64,000 nucleotides of DNA, from the IMG/VR virus record IMGVR_UViG_3300045988_163435, positions 30,425 to 94,424 of that record. One strand, written 5' to 3'. Shown one piece after another: positions 52,323-59,817 of this stretch. Source of the DNA: a virus. Position 1 is the first letter of the stretch, and the number at the start of each line of letters is the position of its first letter. The notes under the pieces were generated by a model. It had not been told where the DNA came from. It did no database searches and saw nothing but the letters and a program-made list of their open reading frames with translations. The translations under genes were made by a program, and so were the position numbers.

Positions 52323-55300
52323 TTAACTATCCGTTACATTATCGCTATGTTTACGCAACCGATTGTCATAATTCCTAGTAAAGTAATCATCATTGCCCAA
52401 ATAATCGCTCTCAACAACGTTTTTAGATGAAGATGGGTCACCATTATACGTAACCATAAACTGTTCGCGATAGAGCATTAAAAGGCCTAAGGCACGAACA
52501 CGGTCAACATTTATGTCTGGATTATATAGCATAAGTTCCTTTATTAGTGCCCTATTGCGTATTCTAGTAAGATTAAATACAGTAGTCTCTTCACCGTCTT
52601 CGCTAGATTGTATAGTCACAGGTTTAAGAAGCCAATCGCGAATCAACCTGTTGGCATAATCGTTTACAGGCTTGGTAGCCTTTACTCCCTTGCTGTTGTT
52701 ACCTACGCCTATATTTTTAATAATATCCTTGTCTTTGAGATATTCAGGAGTATCAGCCAAGAGGTATAAACAATTCATTCTGGAAAAATATGAATAAACA
52801 CCCTTGATGTTACAATTATGGGTTACAACGTAATCTCCTACCATATATAACCCGTCATCAGAATCAACAGTTACGCACTTACATCTCTTTCTGCCAACAT
52901 ATTCAATCTTGTCTATGGCCGTTTTATATAAAAAAGCGCCAGCCTTACTCCCTTTGATTTCAGGATGGTTAATATGCTGCTTTTCAACCTTTCGTGGAAG
53001 ATTAAATATCCTTTCATTTGTTGCAATTGCGACCCTATAAGTTTTCTTACACCTATAAGTATTGCCTGAGTTGCTAAATAAATGATCTCTTTCTTCTACA
53101 CATTTATGATACCGAGCATACATACCAAGGCTCCTGCATAACAAAATCAGATCTTCTGCAAGCTTTTTTGAAATGGTTATATATATATTAGAACCCTTTT
53201 TTGTAGCGCATCCATCGCCATCCATCAAACCACGAAGTAATTCAATTCTCGTATTTTTATCGTTATATAAATATACGTCCGGAATAAATTTTGTTTGGCT
53301 ATTTTTATGTAATAATCCAAGAGAGTCTAATTTTTTATCAATATCATCTATATATATATGCCAAGAATAACCTTTATTACCAATGTGTTTTATTTCATAA
53401 GGAACAATTGTTTTATAGAACTCAGCATCTTGTTGGGCAGACGATATCTGGACATTCCTACGCCTTTTATTATGCGTCTTATTTTTAGGAAACTTTGTTA
53501 ACGCTCCCTCTGATATAAGCAAACCCAACGTATATGGATCGATAGGAACGTCTTTATGTTCATAATTTACAGCTCCTCCGTTCTGAATAAAAAATTTGTG
53601 TTGACCAGAATTTGTATATAAGCCATTATTTAATATATCAATTGTCGTTGTATTATACGGCTTTTTTCTACCATATTTAATTACATTCCAAATATGATTT
53701 TTACTCGCATCAACAAATCTACCATCACTGAGTGTCAACCTATATATATCATCTTCGCCATCTATAGGTACGTTTATAACCCGTACGGTTTTTCCATTTG
53801 GCGCAAAAAGTTTATCACCAATTTCAATATCACCCCAAAATTTTGTTTCACCGGTTGGTAATCTGACGATTTGATCATAAGGATGCGCTTCATATAGAAT
53901 TTTCGCGTTATAGAACAATCCCAGTTTTCTCAGCATTTCAAAGTTATCGTCGGCAAACTGATGTCTTCCAGTATACTCGGCTACAATTGTATCTGTCCAC
54001 AAATCCAATACAAATGTTGAGGAAAGGGACATAGTATCAGCCTCATCATTATCAACCGGGTCGTGGCCTATGATATATCTCTGAGGAAACACTTTTCCTT
54101 GTGCGTCTTTCTCTGGCATTTTGAATATCTCAAGAGCGCCGGAAACCTTGTTGTCTTTTAACGGGAAATCACGAATCGGCTGATCGCCTGTCAATTTGAA
54201 CGAGACCGTACCATCTTTCTCCTGTGTCAAATCTCCGACATAAACATCATCAAACGTATGTGGATCATTGTCAATCTCAGCAAGGCGCTGGGTAAGGTCA
54301 GCGACAGGAAAAATATTACCCCTTGTGCGAAGAATGGCTTCCTGTGGAGTTATTGGAATCTCGGCAATGCACTTTGTTATTGTATTGATATCAGTTGAAT
54401 TGTATTTAACGTTATATCTATTTACAAGAATCTCAAGCAACGCCTTTGTTACATCAGAATTACCTTGTTCGTCATAGCAGCCTGACCTGTTTATATATGC
54501 CGGGAAAAAATATGTGAACGTAGGTCTCCCCTGACCCTCCTTATCGTAAACATTTTTAAGTCCATATGTTTTGTATCCGACAGGGTTATACATAATCTCC
54601 TGCATTGCTGCGAAGTCGGATTGCTGGTCACCAGAGGTTCCAAAGAGATACATAAGTCCGAATACAGATTCTCCATCAGAAACAGACGGCAATAGGTTAC
54701 TCCACAACGTAAGAAGATTATCAAACGTACCAGCTTCCTCAAAGAGATATAACACGCCTCTGGTTCCCCTAAGCTTTGATGCGTCGTTTTGTGAAGACTT
54801 ACCGACAACTGAATTAAGAGTTCCTTTATTCGTACCAGTATTAAGGTCTTTATAACCCATTTGCCAGTTCATGTCAGCCAATGAGTTATATAGTCTTCTT
54901 GATGGCCACTGCATGTTTTCCGCAATGAAATCTATGTAGAACTGAAATTTATCAAGCGTCTGGTCACCACCGGTCAACTTTGCCTTGTCGGTTGCCGTTA
55001 TATATGAAACAACACGCTTGTTTACTTCAAACGATTCTCCTAATATAAAACGCTTGGCAAGCATTGCGGCGGCACAGAATGACTTACCGCACCCACGTCG
55101 AGCCAACTCAGCAGCCATCAGACCGTGTTCTCTCGCCTGATTTAAATAATGAAATCTATAATAATTCCCCTCCCATGAAAAAGGAAAGTCAATTACACGC
55201 ATCGCTTTTCTACCTCCATTGCTGGATTTCTTTAGGAGAGAGATAGGACAATAATTCAAAAAGAAATAATGATCCCCTGTTATCCACTCACCGTCATATG

Positions 55301-55664
55301 GTCTTACGTAGCCATACAAGCACCTTCTGCGCTCTTCGCGTATCCATTTGCCAAATTCGCTGTTAGGATTGGCGTTCGGTCTTAAATCGGTAAATCTACC
55401 ATACTTTTGGTAATGTATCGCGGACGGTCTGAAATAATCCATATCCTCTATAATGTGCGGTTGGGTTATATCTACTATTATTTTACCTTCTGAATCCCTT
55501 GGAAGGTCACGAGCCCTTGGCTTATTTGGAGACACCATAGACCGTATGAAAGGAACGTTATTGAAGAAATCCCAAAACTGATCCTGTACCTCCTGTGGCT
55601 GTTTATCAAGCCCAAGTTCACTAATCGGGGTCTGATATTTATTAAGAACAATATCTTCGTACAT
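52323..55664 (-). CDS. terL: terminase large subunit, intein-containing precursor (1113 aa)
   Basis: Walker A ARRGCGKSF, Walker B VLYLFEEAG and nuclease-domain-like HDPVDNDEAD...AKILYE. The ORF is about 360 aa too long because of an in-frame intein. Confidence 0.8.
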   Translation of the reverse strand: MYEDIVLNKYQTPISELGLDKQPQEVQDQFWDFFNNVPFIRSMVSPNKPRARDLPRDSEGKIIVDITQPHIIEDMDYFRPSAIHYQKYGRFTDLRPNANPNSEFGKWIREERRRCLYGYVRPYDGEWITGDHYFFLNYCPISLLKKSSNGGRKAMRVIDFPFSWEGNYYRFHYLNQAREHGLMAAELARRGCGKSFCAAAMLAKRFILGESFEVNKRVVSYITATDKAKLTGGDQTLDKFQFYIDFIAENMQWPSRRLYNSLADMNWQMGYKDLNTGTNKGTLNSVVGKSSQNDASKLRGTRGVLYLFEEAGTFDNLLTLWSNLLPSVSDGESVFGLMYLFGTSGDQQSDFAAMQEIMYNPVGYKTYGLKNVYDKEGQGRPTFTYFFPAYINRSGCYDEQGNSDVTKALLEILVNRYNVKYNSTDINTITKCIAEIPITPQEAILRTRGNIFPVADLTQRLAEIDNDPHTFDDVYVGDLTQEKDGTVSFKLTGDQPIRDFPLKDNKVSGALEIFKMPEKDAQGKVFPQRYIIGHDPVDNDEADTMSLSSTFVLDLWTDTIVAEYTGRHQFADDNFEMLRKLGLFYNAKILYEAHPYDQIVRLPTGETKFWGDIEIGDKLFAPNGKTVRVINVPIDGEDDIYRLTLSDGRFVDASKNHIWNVIKYGRKKPYNTTTIDILNNGLYTNSGQHKFFIQNGGAVNYEHKDVPIDPYTLGLLISEGALTKFPKNKTHNKRRRNVQISSAQQDAEFYKTIVPYEIKHIGNKGYSWHIYIDDIDKKLDSLGLLHKNSQTKFIPDVYLYNDKNTRIELLRGLMDGDGCATKKGSNIYITISKKLAEDLILLCRSLGMYARYHKCVEERDHLFSNSGNTYRCKKTYRVAIATNERIFNLPRKVEKQHINHPEIKGSKAGAFLYKTAIDKIEYVGRKRCKCVTVDSDDGLYMVGDYVVTHNCNIKGVYSYFSRMNCLYLLADTPEYLKDKDIIKNIGVGNNSKGVKATKPVNDYANRLIRDWLLKPVTIQSSEDGEETTVFNLTRIRNRALIKELMLYNPDINVDRVRALGLLMLYREQFMVTYNGDPSSSKNVVESDYLGNDDYFTRNYDNRLRKHSDNVTDS
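52815..53888 (-). mobile_element. intein (about aa 593-950 of TerL) with LAGLIDADG homing-endonuclease domain; class-3-like
   Basis: C-terminal block G is GDYVVTHN followed by +1 Cys (CNIKG). N-terminal block A is AHPYDQIVRLPTGE, with no Cys/Ser at position 1. Block B is SKNHIW (Trp two residues after His). Block F is RKRCKCVTV. Dodecapeptides are LGLLISEGAL and LLRGLMDGDGCA. The N-terminal boundary is uncertain by about 2 aa. Confidence 0.75.
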
Positions 55665-55666
55665 AA

Positions 55667-56218
55667 CTAATCATCAAAACCATCCTCAAATATTGTCTTC
55701 TCGCCGCCTCCTCTGACACGACCTATCTCGTTAAGCTCTTGTGTCACTGCTCGTTCGGCATCGGAAAGATCCTTCACAAGCTTGGGGACCATTGAACCCA
55801 TTGAAACCATGTTCTTCAAAGCAAGAATCTTATCTTTCTCCTCAAGCTGGGACAAATCTGTGGAGCGCATTTCTTTACGGATTTGGTCAACCATAAAGCG
55901 CGTATCCTCAAGGAGAAGAGTACTTGATGTTGTGGTATGTTTCTTATATATCTCCATGGCCTGTTTAAGCTCGTCTGACGGCTTGAATTTTGCTGGTAGC
56001 CCCTCCTGTGCTATGATCTCTTTTGCACGTTCCTGAGGATCTGTGATGTACATATATGTGCTCCTTGGATCAACCATAAAATAAAGGTATGACATCTGCT
56101 GGTAGAAAAAATCCTTCACGCGAGTCTTGTCTTTTCTGTAAAGCTCACGTATCGGCTTTATGAGCATCGCCTCTGGCGTCACAACTATCTTATAATCCTC
56201 GAAATCTATTAATCTCAT
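55667..56218 (-). CDS. hypothetical protein immediately upstream of TerL (small terminase candidate by position)
   Basis: 183-aa ORF ending 2 nt before the TerL start. No motif recognised. Confidence 0.3.
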   Translation of the reverse strand: MRLIDFEDYKIVVTPEAMLIKPIRELYRKDKTRVKDFFYQQMSYLYFMVDPRSTYMYITDPQERAKEIIAQEGLPAKFKPSDELKQAMEIYKKHTTTSSTLLLEDTRFMVDQIRKEMRSTDLSQLEEKDKILALKNMVSMGSMVPKLVKDLSDAERAVTQELNEIGRVRGGGEKTIFEDGFDD

Positions 56219-56233
56219 AATTATAAACGCAAA

Positions 56234-56257
56234 TAGCCGACCCTTACGGACCGGCTA
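56234..56257 (-). terminator. stable GNRA-capped hairpin (weak terminator or RNA-stability element)
   Basis: Minus strand: TAGCCGGTCC-GTAA-GGGTCGGCTA (10 bp, 2 G.U) followed by TTTGCGTTTAT, an interrupted U-tract. Confidence 0.4.
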
Positions 56258-56275
56258 AATTAATAAATCTATATA

Positions 56276-56713
56276 TTAATGAATCTTTGGTGTTTTGAGT
56301 TTTTTGTCAGGTGTATATAACGCTCCAGACTTAACTTCTTCGTATTCCTCGATCACGTAGTCAATATCACTGTCATATATATAGAGAAAATCAGTTCCGT
56401 CGATATTGATAACAGGGAAATTATATCTAACTTCCGAGTGATGCGATTCCATAACGCCTTTGATGGAGTTCTCATCCTTAACCTGAACAGTTTTGCCATA
56501 TCTTGTAGGATTAAAGCAAACAACATCACCTTCCTTGACATCTCTCACCATCGGACCTATAGCAACAACTTTCTGTACCGGCATCAACACACCGTGCTGC
56601 TTTGTAGGATCGATAATGCCTGAATCAGAAACTTGATCTTCGGTAAACCTATCAGCGGTAATAAGCACCTTATTATACAGAGGACGTATCTTCTTTATCT
56701 TTGACAGATTCAT
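56276..56713 (-). CDS. GroES-like co-chaperonin (145 aa from the ATG at 56713)
   Basis: IRPLYNKVLITADRF...SGIIDP...VQKVVAIGPMVRDVKEGDVVCFNP follows the GroES pattern (I-P-L-x-D-R-V-L-V ... G-I-x-L-P ... V-x-A-V-G-x-G ... V-G-D-x-V). The ATG at 56713 sits 1 nt after the upstream stop. Confidence 0.5.
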   Translation of the reverse strand: MNLSKIKKIRPLYNKVLITADRFTEDQVSDSGIIDPTKQHGVLMPVQKVVAIGPMVRDVKEGDVVCFNPTRYGKTVQVKDENSIKGVMESHHSEVRYNFPVINIDGTDFLYIYDSDIDYVIEEYEEVKSGALYTPDKKLKTPKIH

Positions 56714-56714
56714 A

Positions 56715-57146
56715 TTAATTGAAGTTCTTGTTAAACCATTTGATGAAATCCTCGGCAGATACTGTTTTAATGCCATTGTTTTCACTCGACTTCTTTTCGT
56801 TGACGCCAGAAGCTGCCTTGCCTGAATAACAATTAGTCAATGAATCCTCTGATTCGCTTTTAACGGATTTTGATTTAGGCGCAGGTGTAGGCGCAGGATA
56901 AGCATTTATTGTCGAGGCAGCACCTGATTCTGACTCGAAATTCGGCGTGCAGAACAGTCTTGCAATACGTCTTGACAGAACCTCAAGATAACCACCCATG
57001 TAATGAAGTTGTTCCCTTAGCAACGACCTATCCATGGCTTCAAGATGCCTCTGACCCCTTTCTACCTCAAGGAACGCCTTGAGCTTGTAATACTTCTTGA
57101 CTAGATCTCCATATTCCTCAATCATCCGTGTCTTGTACTCTTCCAT
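56715..57146 (-). CDS. hypothetical protein (143 aa)
   Basis: ORF with a helical N-terminal domain (LREQLHYMGGYLEVLSRRI) and a Ser/Ala-rich tail. Confidence 0.35.
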   Translation of the reverse strand: MEEYKTRMIEEYGDLVKKYYKLKAFLEVERGQRHLEAMDRSLLREQLHYMGGYLEVLSRRIARLFCTPNFESESGAASTINAYPAPTPAPKSKSVKSESEDSLTNCYSGKAASGVNEKKSSENNGIKTVSAEDFIKWFNKNFN

Positions 57147-57450
57147 ATCTTTTACCTATTCTTTTTTGGTTTATATACGCTTTCCGCAGGTATTGGAACC
57201 TGTCATAGGGAAGTCCTATCTTCCCGACCGAAGGTATGTTAAAATTTGTTCTCAACTTCTTAAACTCTTCTTCGGTCATGTCTTTAGAGAGGTCTATCTC
57301 ACCCATTGTATCAATCAAATGTTTTATGAACATCATATAGGTATATCTGACCTCCTCAACGGTTATACCCATATCCTTGGCAACCTGTGGATATATCTCT
57401 CTTTCAAGATAATCCATATTAACTCGATACTTGTTTGCCATTGAAATCAA
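57118..57450 (-). CDS. hypothetical protein (110 aa; alternative start ATG at 57417 gives 99 aa)
   Basis: ORF. The longer form overlaps the upstream gene by 32 nt. The ATG at 57417 lies 1 nt after the upstream stop. Confidence 0.35.
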   Translation of the reverse strand: MISMANKYRVNMDYLEREIYPQVAKDMGITVEEVRYTYMMFIKHLIDTMGEIDLSKDMTEEEFKKLRTNFNIPSVGKIGLPYDRFQYLRKAYINQKRIGKRYGRVQDTDD

Positions 57451-57820
57451 AGTATAACATTAGTTTGAATGAATCGTCGCCGTCATTAAATCTCGGAACA
57501 AACCTTGGATTTATCTTACCGTCAGTAATAAAATTGGCGCGCTTCAGTTTTGTGAGCAACATTTGCAAATGCTCCGGTGTGACACCGCACTCCTCTTCGA
57601 TTCTCCTGCGTGAGTCAGCGCTCATCACGACCTTGTCAAGCAGAAACTCATCTGTTATGACGCGCCCCAACTCGAACCTAAGATTAAGCATTGTCGCGGC
57701 AACGTCTACCTGTCTATCAGACATCATGTGGAAAGGCCTCAGGAAATTCAGCCACATCCTGAAGAACTCCTTCCCGGGTGACGATGGGATGCGTATCACG
57801 CTGTTTATTCCATTAGCCAT
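57419..57820 (-). CDS. hypothetical protein (133 aa)
   Basis: ORF. No motif recognised. Confidence 0.35.
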   Translation of the reverse strand: MANGINSVIRIPSSPGKEFFRMWLNFLRPFHMMSDRQVDVAATMLNLRFELGRVITDEFLLDKVVMSADSRRRIEEECGVTPEHLQMLLTKLKRANFITDGKINPRFVPRFNDGDDSFKLMLYFDFNGKQVSS

Positions 57821-57826
57821 AACCGA

Positions 57827-58159
57827 TTATTCTTTTGTTCCTACATTTTCACACTCATCAGTATCCTCTTTATCGGTATCATCGCCTTCCTTAAACATAG
57901 CGTCGGTAATCTCCTCTATCGTGTCAGCAACGACACTCTTAGGAAATAGCGGAGCCTGCTCAACGATCTTAAAAAGGAAATTCAATCTTGTGAAGAAATT
58001 GGACGCGTCGGCGCGCTGAAGCTTATCATACAATGACTTTGCCTGAGCCGAAAGTTGTCTGTTAAAATCAACTGCCTGATCATATTTCTCCTTAAGCTCC
58101 TTGTATTGAGCCTCATAATCAACCTTTACAGATGGTGCAATTTTCTTTACTTCTCCCAT
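57827..58159 (-). CDS. hypothetical acidic coiled-coil protein (110 aa)
   Basis: ORF with an acidic C-terminal tail. Confidence 0.35.
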   Translation of the reverse strand: MGEVKKIAPSVKVDYEAQYKELKEKYDQAVDFNRQLSAQAKSLYDKLQRADASNFFTRLNFLFKIVEQAPLFPKSVVADTIEEITDAMFKEGDDTDKEDTDECENVGTKE

Positions 58160-58171
58160 AACAATATAATA

Positions 58172-58402
58172 TTAATTTTTGTTTTTATCTTCCTCTTTCA
58201 TTGCCAGCCACTCATTAATATGGCACTGGCCTATGTCGGTGCTGCCACATTCGTCACAATAATCACCGAATCCGTCACCTACCATAATCCTCAAAGAATG
58301 ACAGTGCTTGCAATAAAACACGGGTTCATCCTCATATTGAGACGGGTGTGTGAGATACATATCACTATCAACTTTAGCCATATGATAATTTTCTGAAAAC
58401 AA
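58172..58402 (-). CDS. small zinc-ribbon protein (76 aa)
   Basis: CKHC...18 aa...CDEC four-Cys arrangement. Confidence 0.4.
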   Translation of the reverse strand: MFSENYHMAKVDSDMYLTHPSQYEDEPVFYCKHCHSLRIMVGDGFGDYCDECGSTDIGQCHINEWLAMKEEDKNKN

Positions 58403-58403
58403 T

Positions 58404-58430
58404 AAAACCGGGGTTTCTCTCGGTACCCGG
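58404..58430 (-). terminator. candidate terminator at the 3' end of the GC island
   Basis: Minus strand: CCGGG-TACCGAGAGAAAC-CCCGG followed by TTTTATT. The stem is short and the loop large. Confidence 0.35.
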
Positions 58431-58514
58431 CTCCCAGCTCGCTAATACTGGACCGATCCTCCGCGGCTGGTTACTGCCCGAGGCATCTACGGCGTTTGTA
58501 CCCTGTCCGCAGCC

Positions 58515-58826
58515 CTACTGCTCCTTCGCCTTCTTTGACTTAGTTGTAACTTTAGCAGCCTTCTTGGTCTTTGTACCACCCTGTTTAAAACCAATAGGCT
58601 TTGGTTCGGTTTTAGGTTCATCAACCTCCACTGGAATGTCATTACCATTCACCGTCTGGCAAAACTCCTTGACAAACCAATAACCGGAGAGAAATGCCGC
58701 CACGACTACCACGCATTTCGTGACGTTGCCGCCAAGAGTAGCGGCTGACACAAGCGACCATATTGTCGCAAGACACCATATCAACCATCCTACGGTTGAT
58801 TCAATAAAAGCACAAACTTTCTTCAT
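58515..58826 (-). CDS. small membrane protein with Lys-rich C-terminal tail (103 aa from the ATG at 58826)
   Basis: Two hydrophobic segments (VGWLIWCLATIWSLV; VVVVAAFLSGYWFV) then KKAAKVTTKSKKAKEQ. The track start at 58925 would run through the tRNA-Met gene. Confidence 0.45.
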   Translation of the reverse strand: MKKVCAFIESTVGWLIWCLATIWSLVSAATLGGNVTKCVVVVAAFLSGYWFVKEFCQTVNGNDIPVEVDEPKTEPKPIGFKQGGTKTKKAAKVTTKSKKAKEQ

Positions 58827-58859
58827 AACAACAAAATAATTTGAACAAAACAAACTTTG

Positions 58860-58931
58860 TTGCGGGGGCAGGGATCGAACCTGCGACCTCCAGATTATGA
58901 GCCTGGCGAGATACCACTTCTCCACCCCACA
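58860..58931 (-). tRNA. tRNA-Met (anticodon CAU; elongator or Ile2-type)
   Basis: By-eye cloverleaf on the minus strand: acceptor UGUGGGG/CCCCGCA, D arm GAGA-AGUGGUA-UCUC, anticodon arm CCAGG-CUCAUAA-UCUGG, T arm GCAGG-UUCGAUC-CCUGC. It lacks the three consecutive G-C pairs expected of an initiator. Confidence 0.85.
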
Positions 58932-58937
58932 ATATTG

Positions 58938-59010
58938 ATGCCGGTACCGGACTCGAACCGATATCCTTGGATTACAAAACCAAGATGCTAGCCCATTATA
59001 CCAACCGGCA
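58938..59010 (-). tRNA. tRNA-Thr (anticodon UGU) with irregular D arm
   Basis: Acceptor UGCCGGU/ACCGGCA, T arm AUCGG-UUCGAGU-CCGGU, anticodon arm UUGGU-UUUGUAA-UCCAA (U.U at 31:39). I could not draw a clean 4-bp D stem, although GG is present in the D loop. Confidence 0.6.
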
Positions 59011-59029
59011 CTTTATCAATTCAACAATA

Positions 59030-59061
59030 CAAAGATACAAAGAATTTTTGAATTATGCAAA
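59030..59061 (-). promoter_or_regulatory. Bacteroides-type promoter for the tRNA pair (-33 TTTG, 20-nt spacer, -7 TATCTTTG)
   Basis: On the minus strand, TTTG (59058-59061) and TATCTTTG (59030-59037) are separated by 20 nt. The box ends 20 nt upstream of the tRNA-Thr 5' end. Confidence 0.55.
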
Positions 59062-59068
59062 TTTTTCT

Positions 59069-59692
59069 TCACTTTTTTTCAAACTTATTAGTAACACCAC
59101 AAACAGCGCTTAAATTATTCAATATTCGCTTATCTATGTGAAGGAATATATAACCCATGCCATCTTTGTTAATAACATCGAATTCAAGGCCATTTATTTG
59201 CGTTTTAAGCGCTTTTTTGGTATCGCGCATATAATTACACATCTCAATCATAGATCGTGTGTCAAAACGCCTTAAATTAAGAAATTCCTTAATAGCGTCT
59301 ATCATAACAAAACGATACTCCACTGATGTGATATTATCGTATCTTATGTCACGCCATGAGGAACATGAGCATTTAGGATCAACAAACATTATGGCCTTGA
59401 CAATACTATGTCGTTCAAGAAAATAGCTGAACCTTATATCCCTTTTAGTGAACGTAGCTAAAGGAATGATATCAAATGACTGAGACTGCTGAGGATTCCT
59501 GTAAGATATGATGCTGTCAAATATAATATTGTTAATATCCTTCAATGGAAGATCAACAACAGAGTCGGCATTCATCTTTTTAGGAATACCGTTGCTCCTT
59601 TTCCTGTAATTATAAAACGGCGGTTTTGACAATATCTTGTCATAAATATATTTCTCTATTTCACCGATAACTCCAATCTCTAATGTATCCAT
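59069..59692 (-). CDS. hypothetical protein (207 aa)
   Basis: AT-rich ORF with its own TAnnTTTG box. Confidence 0.35.
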   Translation of the reverse strand: MDTLEIGVIGEIEKYIYDKILSKPPFYNYRKRSNGIPKKMNADSVVDLPLKDINNIIFDSIISYRNPQQSQSFDIIPLATFTKRDIRFSYFLERHSIVKAIMFVDPKCSCSSWRDIRYDNITSVEYRFVMIDAIKEFLNLRRFDTRSMIEMCNYMRDTKKALKTQINGLEFDVINKDGMGYIFLHIDKRILNNLSAVCGVTNKFEKK

Positions 59693-59736
59693 ATATCTAA
59701 TATACTATTATTGCCATTTCTTTGTTCGCCATGATA

Positions 59737-59744
59737 CAAAGATA
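59737..59744 (-). promoter_or_regulatory. Bacteroides-type -7 promoter box (TATCTTTG)
   Basis: Minus-strand TATCTTTG lies 44 nt upstream of the ATG at 59692. Confidence 0.4.
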
Positions 59745-59817
59745 CAAAAAATTTCTGATATTTCGGCTATCTTTGAAAAAGAATTATCAACTGTATTATA
59801 AACAATAATAATCGCTA

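Noticed and set aside
58827-58925. N-terminal 33 aa of the track ORF 58515..58925
   Set aside because: This extension runs through the tRNA-Met gene (58860..58931). The internal ATG at 58826 gives a sensible membrane protein.
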